This document shows, one piece after another, positions 55,573 through 64,000 of a stretch of 64,000 nucleotides of DNA (its first letter is position 1; the number at the start of each line of letters is the position of its first letter). The notes under the pieces were generated by a model. The model was not told the DNA's origin, did no database searches, and saw only the letters and a program-made list of their open reading frames with translations. Made by a program: the position numbers and the translations under genes. Source of the stretch: Escherchia phage Stokescottia; the sequence record OR896820.1; one strand, 5' to 3'.

Positions 55573-55800
55573 CACCCTAGCCGATAGGCTTTAAGATGTA
55601 CCCAGTTCGACAAGAGCGATAACTTGATAAAATTTGACGGTCGGCACTTACCATAATGTGTCCCGCCCCCTAACTGGGATATAGCGGCCTACGTGGAGTT
55701 CTTTAAATTGATTATATTGGCGAGCGGATTGTTACTTATTACCTGCTACTTTCTAGCAGGTAATGCGGAACAATCCCCTAAATAACTTGGAGTTTATACT

Positions 55801-56052
55801 ATGCAAAACGTTATTACCGCGCCTAAAATTGGTCAATCCGTCTTCATTCCTTTCGTTACTAAAACGGATGAATTAACCGGAAAAGCCGAACGTATTAAAG
55901 GCGCGGCGCTTATGCCGTTTGATACAATCGACGCGGTATACGCTGAAACGGAACGTAGTAACAACGGCAAACCCGTTTTTAGCGTTCGCGTTAAATCCGG
56001 CGACGTTGTAAAGGTTGTTCAACGTAACGAAAAATGGGAAGCTGTTTTATAA
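55801..56052 (+). CDS. hypothetical protein
   Basis: ORF track; conserved upstream motif and GGAG RBS. Confidence 0.5.
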   Translation: MQNVITAPKIGQSVFIPFVTKTDELTGKAERIKGAALMPFDTIDAVYAETERSNNGKPVFSVRVKSGDVVKVVQRNEKWEAVL

Positions 56053-56150
56053 TCTAGTGTTAACTTTATATCCCCCTTATTTCAGGGGGATATAACGATT
56101 AACATTAAGTTAATCTAATCCCTTAAATTAAACAAACAGGAGTTTATATC

Positions 56151-56558
56151 ATGACTAACGCTAAAACCGCAAAATTTGCATGGAATGAAGAAAACACTCA
56201 AAAAGCTGTTTCCATGTATCAGCAATTAATCAACGAAAACGGTTTAGATTTTGCAAATAGCGACGGCCTGAAAGAGATTGCAAAAGCAGTAGGCGCGGCC
56301 TCCCCCGTATCCGTTCGGTCAAAATTGACCAGTGCAAAAGCCTATCAAAAAAGCGACAAGCCGCGCAAAGTTGGCGGCGGTAGTTCAATCCGCAAGGCTC
56401 ACTATGTGCGCGTTATTGCAAAACACGCTATCGATTCCGGCATTATCAAAGACGCCGACGATCTGGCAAGCCTTGAAAGTGCAAAATTGGAAACACTGGA
56501 CGCTGTAGCGCAATTGTTAGGCGTTGCCGATGAAGTGAAACAGGCCGCAGGGGAATAA
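56151..56558 (+). CDS. pre-early-type small protein (A2-like by size and position)
   Basis: 135 aa directly upstream of the A1-like gene; assignment by synteny and size only. Confidence 0.4.
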   Translation: MTNAKTAKFAWNEENTQKAVSMYQQLINENGLDFANSDGLKEIAKAVGAASPVSVRSKLTSAKAYQKSDKPRKVGGGSSIRKAHYVRVIAKHAIDSGIIKDADDLASLESAKLETLDAVAQLLGVADEVKQAAGE

Positions 56559-56648
56559 TAGTTATATCTTGCCCCCTTCTAGTGAGGGGGCAATAATATA
56601 ACTGTTTAGCGATAGTTATTTTCTTCCCTTAAATCAGGAGTTTTAAAA

Positions 56649-56846
56649 ATGATTTTCTTTCCTACTGAATCCTTAATTCTAGGCTTGTTTATTATGGCGG
56701 CCTCGTTATTGTTCGCTTATTTTCAAAATGATTTAGATTCGTATTATTTTAAACGCAAATCTAAATTGGCAAAGCGTTTAGGTCTGATTTGTTTTATTGC
56801 CGCCGTTGCTTGTGGTGTTAGTTCTAGCCTAGTGCCTTTAAATTAA
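56649..56846 (+). CDS. small membrane protein
   Basis: Two hydrophobic helices. Confidence 0.45.
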   Translation: MIFFPTESLILGLFIMAASLLFAYFQNDLDSYYFKRKSKLAKRLGLICFIAAVACGVSSSLVPLN

Positions 56847-56937
56847 TGTTGCAAATTATAACGCCTATTATTGGAGGCGTTATATTTGGCAATATTGCCA
56901 AAATTGAATTTAATCCCTTTAATGGAGTTTTATTACT

Positions 56938-58608
56938 ATGATTATTTCCGCAGAAAAACAAACCGTTATCCTGAAAATGGCCGCTGATTTCAATTTCTAC
57001 GGTAAACGCCTGCGCGCCACTAAATTGGAAGTTTGTGACGATATTTCGAAAGCGGTATACGATACTACTAAACACTCCACCACTATCTGCGACTGGCTGG
57101 AAGCAAATAAACCAGCGAAACCGAAAGCGGCAAAAGTAGCAAAAGCCATTAAAAACGATGAGCGCCCCGAAGCGGCTGGGATTGTTTCTAGTACCGTGGA
57201 ACAGTGGGAAGTAAAACAAGGTAAACGTTTTATTATTACGTCGATTCAAAATAATACTTTCCCGCATAAAAACTTTTTAGCCGCGCTGGAGCAATATGCT
57301 AAATTTATCGGCGCTGATTTGCTTGTTTCTAAGTATATTTATAATAAAAACGGATTCCAAAATGGGGAAGGTGCTGATGGGATCAAATATGATCCCGCTT
57401 TCGATAAATATATTTGCAGCAAAAACGTGTTTTTAAATAACCGCCGTTTCGCTTTCATGGCTGAAATTAATGTTTTGCCAACCGCAGATTATCCGCTTTC
57501 TGGATTTGCAGAAACTGCAACGGCTTTAAATATCGAGGGTCTGGCAATTGGTCACGCTAAAATCACCGCCGAAAGCGTGCCAGCTTTAAAAGGTGAAGTA
57601 GTGCGCCGTATGTATTCAACCGGAACGGCAACGCTCAAAAACTACATTCAGCAGAAAGCAGGACAGAAAGCGGAAGCACTTCATAATTTTGGCGCGCTTA
57701 TTGTTGAGTTCGACGACGACGGGGAGTTTTTTGTTCGCCAGCTTGAAACAATGGACGAAAGCGGCATGTTTTACGATTTGAATATTTGCGCCACTCCTTC
57801 GGGATGTTTTGAAACGTCGGGGCATGTTTTAGGCTTGCAGTATGGCGATATTCATGCAGAAAAACTAGATGAGGCTTGCGCTCAAGCGTCTTGGGGTCAT
57901 GGTGATACTTATGGGCTTGTGGATATTCTCAAACCGAAATATCAGTTTGTACATGATGTGCATGATTTTACATCCCGCAATCATCATAACCGCGCTTCTG
58001 GTGTATTCCTAGCGAAACAGTACGCCGCCGGACGTGATAAGGTTATTGATGATCTTATCGATACGGGGCGCGTGCTGGAATCAATGGAGCGTGATTTTTC
58101 TCAAACAATCATTGTTGAATCAAATCACGATTTGGCGTTATCCCGTTGGCTGGATGATCGAAATGCTAACATCAAAGACGATCCAGCAAACGCCGAACTA
58201 TATCACAGCCTAAACGCTGCAATCTATGCGGCTATTGCAAAGCAGGACGATACTTTCAACGTGCTAGATTATGCCTTGCGTAAGGTAGCAGGTTGTGAAT
58301 TTAACGCCATTTTCCTGACCACTGACCAATCGTTTAAAATTGCAGGCATTGAATGCGGCGTACACGGTCACAACGGCATAAACGGCAGCCGTGGCAATCC
58401 TAAGCAGTTTAAGAAATTGGGCAAGTTAAACACTGGTCATACTCATACGGCAAGCATTTACGGCGGCGTATATACCGCTGGCGTAGCAGGTAGTCTGGAT
58501 ATGGGTTACAACGTTGGCGCGTCAAGCTGGACGCAAACCCATTTAATTACATACGCAAACGGTCAGCGCACTTTGATTGACTTTAAGAATGGTAAATTCT
58601 TTGCGTAA
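56938..58608 (+). CDS. A1: A1-like pre-early protein with C-terminal metallophosphoesterase domain
   Basis: 556 aa; C-terminal half has GDIHAE, HDVHD, SNHD, GVHGHNG, TGHTHT blocks in calcineurin-like order; size matches what I recall for T5 A1. Confidence 0.55.
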   Translation: MIISAEKQTVILKMAADFNFYGKRLRATKLEVCDDISKAVYDTTKHSTTICDWLEANKPAKPKAAKVAKAIKNDERPEAAGIVSSTVEQWEVKQGKRFIITSIQNNTFPHKNFLAALEQYAKFIGADLLVSKYIYNKNGFQNGEGADGIKYDPAFDKYICSKNVFLNNRRFAFMAEINVLPTADYPLSGFAETATALNIEGLAIGHAKITAESVPALKGEVVRRMYSTGTATLKNYIQQKAGQKAEALHNFGALIVEFDDDGEFFVRQLETMDESGMFYDLNICATPSGCFETSGHVLGLQYGDIHAEKLDEACAQASWGHGDTYGLVDILKPKYQFVHDVHDFTSRNHHNRASGVFLAKQYAAGRDKVIDDLIDTGRVLESMERDFSQTIIVESNHDLALSRWLDDRNANIKDDPANAELYHSLNAAIYAAIAKQDDTFNVLDYALRKVAGCEFNAIFLTTDQSFKIAGIECGVHGHNGINGSRGNPKQFKKLGKLNTGHTHTASIYGGVYTAGVAGSLDMGYNVGASSWTQTHLITYANGQRTLIDFKNGKFFA

Positions 58609-58664
58609 TTAAATTATTACCCTAGCGGCTTGAAATATAGCCGCTATTACAGGAGCTAAATTAA

Positions 58665-58943
58665 ATGGCTATTAAAATTAATCTTCCCAACGTTAAAAAC
58701 ACCGCCGATACATGGTCGATTGATACTATATTGCGCGGCACTGTATACCGCAATTTAAAAGATAATAATTGTTATATTTATCAAAATGAATTAAACGGCC
58801 ACACTTATATAATTGAGTCCGATGGTTTTTGTTCTTTTGAGACTGATTATGAAGCGAAAGATCATATACAGGCAAATGATATTCCTGACGTATGGAAAGA
58901 AACAAATCTCGCTTTTGTTGTAAGTCTTGAAGCTAACAAATAA
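58665..58943 (+). CDS. hypothetical protein
   Basis: ORF track. Confidence 0.45.
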   Translation: MAIKINLPNVKNTADTWSIDTILRGTVYRNLKDNNCYIYQNELNGHTYIIESDGFCSFETDYEAKDHIQANDIPDVWKETNLAFVVSLEANK

Positions 58944-58981
58944 ATTAAATCCCTTATTAAATTAATTGGAGTTTTATAAAT

Positions 58982-59374
58982 ATGAAAAAGCAAAATATTC
59001 CTTTCGATCGCGCTCAATCCTCAATTGTTCTGGTTTATTCTAATGGCGAGCGTTATCACGTCGAGGCAGGGCACGTTATTGATGAATTATTAGACTTCAA
59101 TGACGCTTTACAGGTTACTACCTTTGCCTATACGCAAGGCCGCGCAAGTAGTTACATTAAGGCCGCAGGTGTTTATGTTGATACGGTGAAACAAGAAACG
59201 ATTATCATCGACGCCGTAAAATCCGGCCTTGCCTTTGCAGTTGTCGCGCCTTGCCCCGCTTGCCTCGATGATCACCTAGCGAGCGCAAAGGTATATACCT
59301 GCGCGGGTATTCGTTCCCATGTATCCGGCGAAGATATTAGTTTTATTGCTGATGCATTGGCTTATGGTCTTTAA
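58982..59374 (+). CDS. hypothetical protein
   Basis: ORF track. Confidence 0.5.
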   Translation: MKKQNIPFDRAQSSIVLVYSNGERYHVEAGHVIDELLDFNDALQVTTFAYTQGRASSYIKAAGVYVDTVKQETIIIDAVKSGLAFAVVAPCPACLDDHLASAKVYTCAGIRSHVSGEDISFIADALAYGL

Positions 59375-59453
59375 TAGTTGATTTATTATTGCCCGCTGAT
59401 AAATAGCGGGCAATGCTGAATTAATCTAATCCCTTTAATGGAGAACGTAACAA

Positions 59454-60188
59454 ATGAATAAAGCTATTATTAATTCTTTCCGTAATTTCCCGCATATTTC
59501 CCGCGTCATGATTTGGGATTTAGACGGCACTATCATTAATTCTTTCCATCGTGTAGCGCCTTGCTTTGATAGTGAGGGCAATTTAGATTTAAATAAGTAT
59601 AAAAATGAAGCCTGCAAACATCATTTAATAATGCAAGATACTTTATTGCCATTGGTTGAATATATGCGCCAGTGCATGAATGACGCAAATACTTTAAACA
59701 TTATTTGCACCGCTCGATTGATGAGCAAGTCGGATTACTATTTCTTGCGCAAACAAGGATTGCGAGGGCGTGGAAATAGCAATATCCGCGTGTTTTCCCG
59801 CGATACACTGCACAAATATTTTGAGGCTGATAAAGTTAGCGAAATATACCACAGCAAAGACGCAGTTTATAAATCTTATTACTTTGAGCTATTTAAACAG
59901 CTATATCCGAATGCTGATTTTACAATGATTGACGATCATAAAGGCGTGCTATCAGCGGCGGCATCATACGGGTTTAAAACGCTGGACGCGCAAGCCGTTA
60001 ACGATATTCTATCAATCGGCGTGGCATTGATAGGTGAAACCTTTATCGATGAATCTCTCGACGATGATAATGATTATCAGTTCCTAGCTGATCGCTTGAA
60101 ATTATGTTGGGAAAGTATGACCGAAGAAGAACGCGCAGAATATAGTTGCAGCCCGCAACAATATATTGAGAAATTAAAAGTTGCGTAA
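59454..60188 (+). CDS. dmp: HAD-family phosphatase (5'-deoxyribonucleotidase Dmp-like)
   Basis: N-terminal MIWDLDGTIINS matches HAD motif I; 244 aa in a pre-early-like context; symbol by analogy only. Confidence 0.45.
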   Translation: MNKAIINSFRNFPHISRVMIWDLDGTIINSFHRVAPCFDSEGNLDLNKYKNEACKHHLIMQDTLLPLVEYMRQCMNDANTLNIICTARLMSKSDYYFLRKQGLRGRGNSNIRVFSRDTLHKYFEADKVSEIYHSKDAVYKSYYFELFKQLYPNADFTMIDDHKGVLSAAASYGFKTLDAQAVNDILSIGVALIGETFIDESLDDDNDYQFLADRLKLCWESMTEEERAEYSCSPQQYIEKLKVA

Positions 60189-60201
60189 TAATTAAAGTTG
60201 A

Positions 60202-60239
60202 AATAGTCACGGTGTGTAACGATAACATGCCGTGACTAT
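60202..60239. terminator. palindromic hairpin between convergent genes
   Basis: ATAGTCACGG...CCGTGACTAT inverted repeat. Confidence 0.5.
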
Positions 60240-60345
60240 TAGCTTGCTAAGTACCGGGCGGTAATGAGACTCATTCTCATCTGGGAGGCCACTGGACACA
60301 CCTCCATGTGTAATCTTATGAAATTTGGCAAAAGTCAAATTAGCG

Positions 60346-60561
60346 CTATTTACGGGCTGACTGCCTGAGAATGGACTGCCATAGATGGTCAGTCTTAACA
60401 AGATTATTGATGTACTCAATAGCTTCACCAAATCTCATAAATCCTTCTGGAATTTCCGAAGACTTAGGAAAAACTTGTAGCATCCCTTGGGTGATACCCA
60501 TCTTTTCAAGTTCTTCTTGAGTTATCTCAAACTCCCCGAAAAACCGCCCGAATTCTTTCAT
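60346..60561 (-). CDS. hypothetical protein
   Basis: Start at 60561 (MKEFGRFF). Confidence 0.4.
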   Translation of the reverse strand: MKEFGRFFGEFEITQEELEKMGITQGMLQVFPKSSEIPEGFMRFGEAIEYINNLVKTDHLWQSILRQSARK

Positions 60562-60803
60562 GAGCTTCTCCTGTCTACTGGCTTGTCTCCTGATTCTGAC
60601 ATACGAAATCTCTTCCGCGACGCCCGAGATCCATCCGACCACTCCCGTTCAAACTCCGCACGTTTCTCGTCAAACTTCCGCTCCCTTTCCGCAATCTCCC
60701 GCGACACTTCCGCAATATATTTACGATGCTTGTTGATTGCCGCAGTCGTCCCGAAAACTCCCGCGAGTATCCCGATAATAAAAGCAATTATAATACTAAA
60801 CAT
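60558..60803 (-). CDS. membrane-anchored basic protein
   Basis: N-terminal TM helix then Arg/Glu-rich tail. Confidence 0.45.
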   Translation of the reverse strand: MFSIIIAFIIGILAGVFGTTAAINKHRKYIAEVSREIAERERKFDEKRAEFEREWSDGSRASRKRFRMSESGDKPVDRRSS

Positions 60804-60990
60804 CTAATTCCCTCTCAATTTGCAGAATACGGGTGCTATCACAACGTTGCAGTAGTACTAGCTTTTCTAGAGCAACCTGTTGTTGTTTTACCTGGGCTTC
60901 TAGAGTTTTTAGGCGGAGATACACGATACGAGAGACAATGAGGATTACCCAGACTAATATTACTATTAGTGTAACTGTCACTTCCACCAT
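60796..60990 (-). CDS. membrane-anchored coiled-coil protein
   Basis: N-terminal TM helix then coiled coil. Confidence 0.45.
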   Translation of the reverse strand: MVEVTVTLIVILVWVILIVSRIVYLRLKTLEAQVKQQQVALEKLVLLQRCDSTRILQIERELDV

Positions 60991-61398
60991 TTACGCTTCT
61001 CCAATAGTAAGGTTTCAATTCTAGCTAAGTGATTATCTAAAATACACTGCCCAATAATCACAATCCCTAGTAGCGCAATAATTACCCATTCCATTAAATC
61101 CACCCCGCCATAGCTGCTAGCCAAAAACCTACGAAAATAAAGAATAAGATAGTTCCGAATCCGAAACTATTTACCCAGCTATCATATACCTCTCCACGTC
61201 TGCTCTTTCTTTTATTTGACATATCTTTCATGCTCCAGTAAATATGATATTTTAAAATATTTTATAGTTTGTGCATAACCAACCATGCTCGTGACTTCCT
61301 AGAGGGCTTTTCACTTTCTTGCATAGTGTTTTCTGCCAATATACCATCCAAAAAATAAAAAATTTAGTTTACTTGGATGTCTTTTTGTTTTATACTAA

Positions 61399-61665
61399 TT
61401 ACAAGTAATTAGATTGTTCTAGTTTAAATTTACAATCACCATATTTAAGATCAAACTGACTGAGATCCCACCACCCAAACTTAGTACGGAGCTGTACTAC
61501 TGGAAAGCGATCTCCCTTAATACGAACTTTTTGAACCTTGAGGCCGTAATGTTCTTCTCCCGCACCACCAAAAGATTTTACAAATCCCGTACAAAATGGT
61601 TTAGGAGCAGGTGCACAACCAGATAACATAACTGCGGCAACTAGTGCAATCACAAACTTTTTCAT
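61399..61665 (-). CDS. llp: small lipoprotein (Llp-like lytic-conversion/superinfection-exclusion candidate)
   Basis: Signal peptide with lipobox LSGC; 88 aa; divergent from the adjacent receptor-binding gene. Confidence 0.5.
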   Translation of the reverse strand: MKKFVIALVAAVMLSGCAPAPKPFCTGFVKSFGGAGEEHYGLKVQKVRIKGDRFPVVQLRTKFGWWDLSQFDLKYGDCKFKLEQSNYL

Positions 61666-61750
61666 ATTTATCTCTCCATTTCTAATTTATGAATCTATTA
61701 TAGCAAAATAGAGGGATGAAAGCAAATACATTTTTATAATAGGAGATTAT

Positions 61751-63508
61751 ATGGGTTTTTTCGCTGGAAAATATAGCGATGGTAAGACCGTACTATCTTT
61801 AAATACTGAATCTGGTGGTGACATTAATCGTCACTATAGTCCAAATAATAATAGTATTTTTCATAGTGATATGCCATTTGTCCTAGTTGATGGTACCTAT
61901 GAGGCTCCATTAGGCAATGCTGGAAATGGGTTTTTTGTATGTCAGATGCCCTCTGACATAATAAATATTAAATCTAATGACCCAGGTAGAGTTATACTAA
62001 CTGCTATTGAGATTAATGGTACTCATAGGGCTTTTCTTAACGGTACTCAGAGTAAGGTGGGTCAAACTATAGTTGCTACTCAGGCAGACCCTTTTAGGTC
62101 TTTTGCTAGTGTTTCCCAGACCAGTGGATTTGCCTTTGGTAATAGCCTGGCATCTGGTACATATAACTATAACCCATCTATAGGTCATGAAGAATCTATT
62201 TCTAGGAATGGTACTGGGGGAACCACCCTACATAGTACTTATCACGGTATAGTTAGGCCAGGTGGAGGAGCTCCCGTAGGGGTTACTGTTGCAGAAGCTT
62301 TTTCACAGCTGGGTTTTCCTACTAATAGTAGTACAGTACCTATAGATGGTAATAATCCATACTACTGGGATCCAGGATGGATGTCTCCTTTAGGGTCAGC
62401 ACACAGAGGACACGATTGGTTCTATGTTTGTAACTCCAATATACGTGGGTATGGTGGGGTAAGACAAGGTCTTCCTGGCAATGTAAATACTATGTACCAC
62501 GATGGGGGTAACAGATTTGTTTGTAGGGGTTCTACAACTAATTTAGCTAATCAATCTGGTAATGCTACAATATTACAGGATTGGTATAACATAACTCCTA
62601 CTAAGGTTATTTGGTATGTACTTAATCTGAGATATTCTAATGGTAATATGGGTATCTCTGGTAATCCTTTTACTGGTTCAGATATTCTTATCTCTCCCTC
62701 TAACTTCATAATTAAAGGAGTAAGTCTTCCTAATACTGGATATAAGTTTATTAACCAGAATGCTTTCGGTAACTTAGGCTATAGGCCAGATATGGAATAC
62801 GTCGGAAATAACGCAGCGTACACTGGAGCCTTCGGGGATACCACTGCAAGGTGTGAACTTGTAGGCTCTAGTAATGGAAGTTTATGGTCTCCTGTAGACT
62901 ATGGAGGGGCTAAGTCTCAAATTAGTATTTACAAATTCGGAGCGGGTAAGCAATGGTACGTAAACTCAAGTAATAATACTATTGGTAATGAACATGGTGT
63001 TGTTTGGGGGCCTTCTTCAGTTCCTCTGAGACTTTTTAGTGGAAATGTTGGTAGTTCTTACATGGGGGATGATATTACCCCTTACTACCCAGGAACTGGA
63101 GATAGATATGTGGCTTTATCTACTATTGGACTAGGTATTCCAGGAGGTAATGCTACTGTTATTCTTACTACTGAAGTTATATCTGGTAATCTTAATTGTG
63201 CTGGTGTTCCAGCTAATACATGGAATAATGGTGTATTTCAGGTGCAAGGTAGAAGGGCTTATAGTTATAGTAATGGAGATGCAGTATTCCACCAGATTTT
63301 AACATTACCTGTAGGTTACTTAGTACCATTTCATACTACATCTGCATTTAGATATACACCTAATAACGCACTGAGTAGAAATAGTTTCATATATACAGTT
63401 AAAAATCTAGGAAATGGAAATGTAGAGTTAGGGGTAGTTATGCACGTAAGTTTAGGTAGTGCAGTTTTCCTACCTAGATTAAGAGTAACAGTTCAACGCC
63501 TTACCTAA
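61751..63508 (+). CDS. putative receptor-binding tail protein
   Basis: 585 aa, Gly/Asn/Ser/Thr-rich with no catalytic motifs; paired with the divergent lipoprotein gene. Confidence 0.5.
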
Positions 63509-63518
63509 AGGAGGAAAT

Positions 63519-64000
63519 ATGGCAAATGATGTATTAGTACCGGATCTTATGTCCCCTGAAGGGATGGATGTAATTGAAGCTTATTTACAGTGTGGCAGTG
63601 ATGTGCCTTCTGCCGCACGTAGTCTTGGGATGTCCGAAATTGCTTTTCGAGATATTATGAATCGTAGTGAAGTTAAGAACTACTTAAACGATATTTTTAT
63701 GGAGAGTGGTTTCCGTAACAGAGATCGTTTATTTGGTGTTCTAGATGAAGTTATCAAGCGTAAACTAGAGGAACTAGAAGAGACCGGCATGGGTTCTGAC
63801 CAAGATATTATGGATATTCTCTGGAAGGCACATAAAATGAAAATGGAAGAGATGAAGATGATGGTAGAATTGGAGAAAGTGAAGGCAGCAGCCCGTACTC
63901 CAGCTAACCAGACCAACATCCAGAATAATATTATTGCTGGAGCTGGGGATCAAAACTACATGGACTTAATTACTTCCCTAGCTACTGGAGGTAAGAAGTA
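63519..64000 (+). CDS. HTH-containing protein, possible terminase small subunit (3' end beyond window)
   Basis: Open to window end; N-terminal helix-turn-helix-like [17 protein letters not shown] then coiled coil. Confidence 0.35.

Overview
This window reads as a gene-dense segment of a T5-like (Demerecviridae-type) lytic phage; the family call rests on gene content and synteny recalled from memory, not on a database search. From left to right it contains: (1) a minus-strand block with an HNH homing endonuclease, two tandem paralogs, a HAD-like hydrolase, a Sir2-like protein and anaerobic ribonucleotide reductase NrdD; (2) a plus-strand early region with phoH, nrdA, nrdB, a DHFR-like gene, a thymidylate-synthase homolog, RNase H, NADAR, a DEDDh exonuclease, a SleB-like hydrolase, GrcA, dNMP kinase, a ClpP-like protease, a holin/M15 endolysin pair, thioredoxin and two metallophosphoesterases, most genes preceded by copies of one strong sigma70-type promoter; (3) a cluster of at least 25 tRNA genes (19.9-32.1 kb), nearly all with encoded CCA, interleaved with small ORFs, tRNA-like elements and unassigned structured RNA; (4) a repeat-rich, largely non-coding region (49.1-50.6 and 54.4-55.3 kb) with nine GTCGGATTTGCACA direct repeats, degenerate tandem repeats, DnaA-box-like 9-mers and an AT-rich block, split by a 3.9 kb minus-strand gene cassette bounded by ~130 bp imperfect inverted repeats that each carry a LexA-box-like palindrome; (5) a higher-GC module (55.4-60.2 kb) resembling T5 pre-early genes (A2-like 135 aa, A1-like 556 aa metallophosphoesterase, HAD/Dmp-like 244 aa) with its own conserved upstream motif; (6) a lipoprotein (Llp-like) divergent from a 585 aa putative receptor-binding protein, then a truncated HTH protein. 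The inverted-repeat-bounded cassette and the surrounding repeat landscape are the most likely place for an undescribed system; the tRNA region also holds several non-canonical RNA elements. All calls are from reading the sequence and the ORF track; no searches were run.
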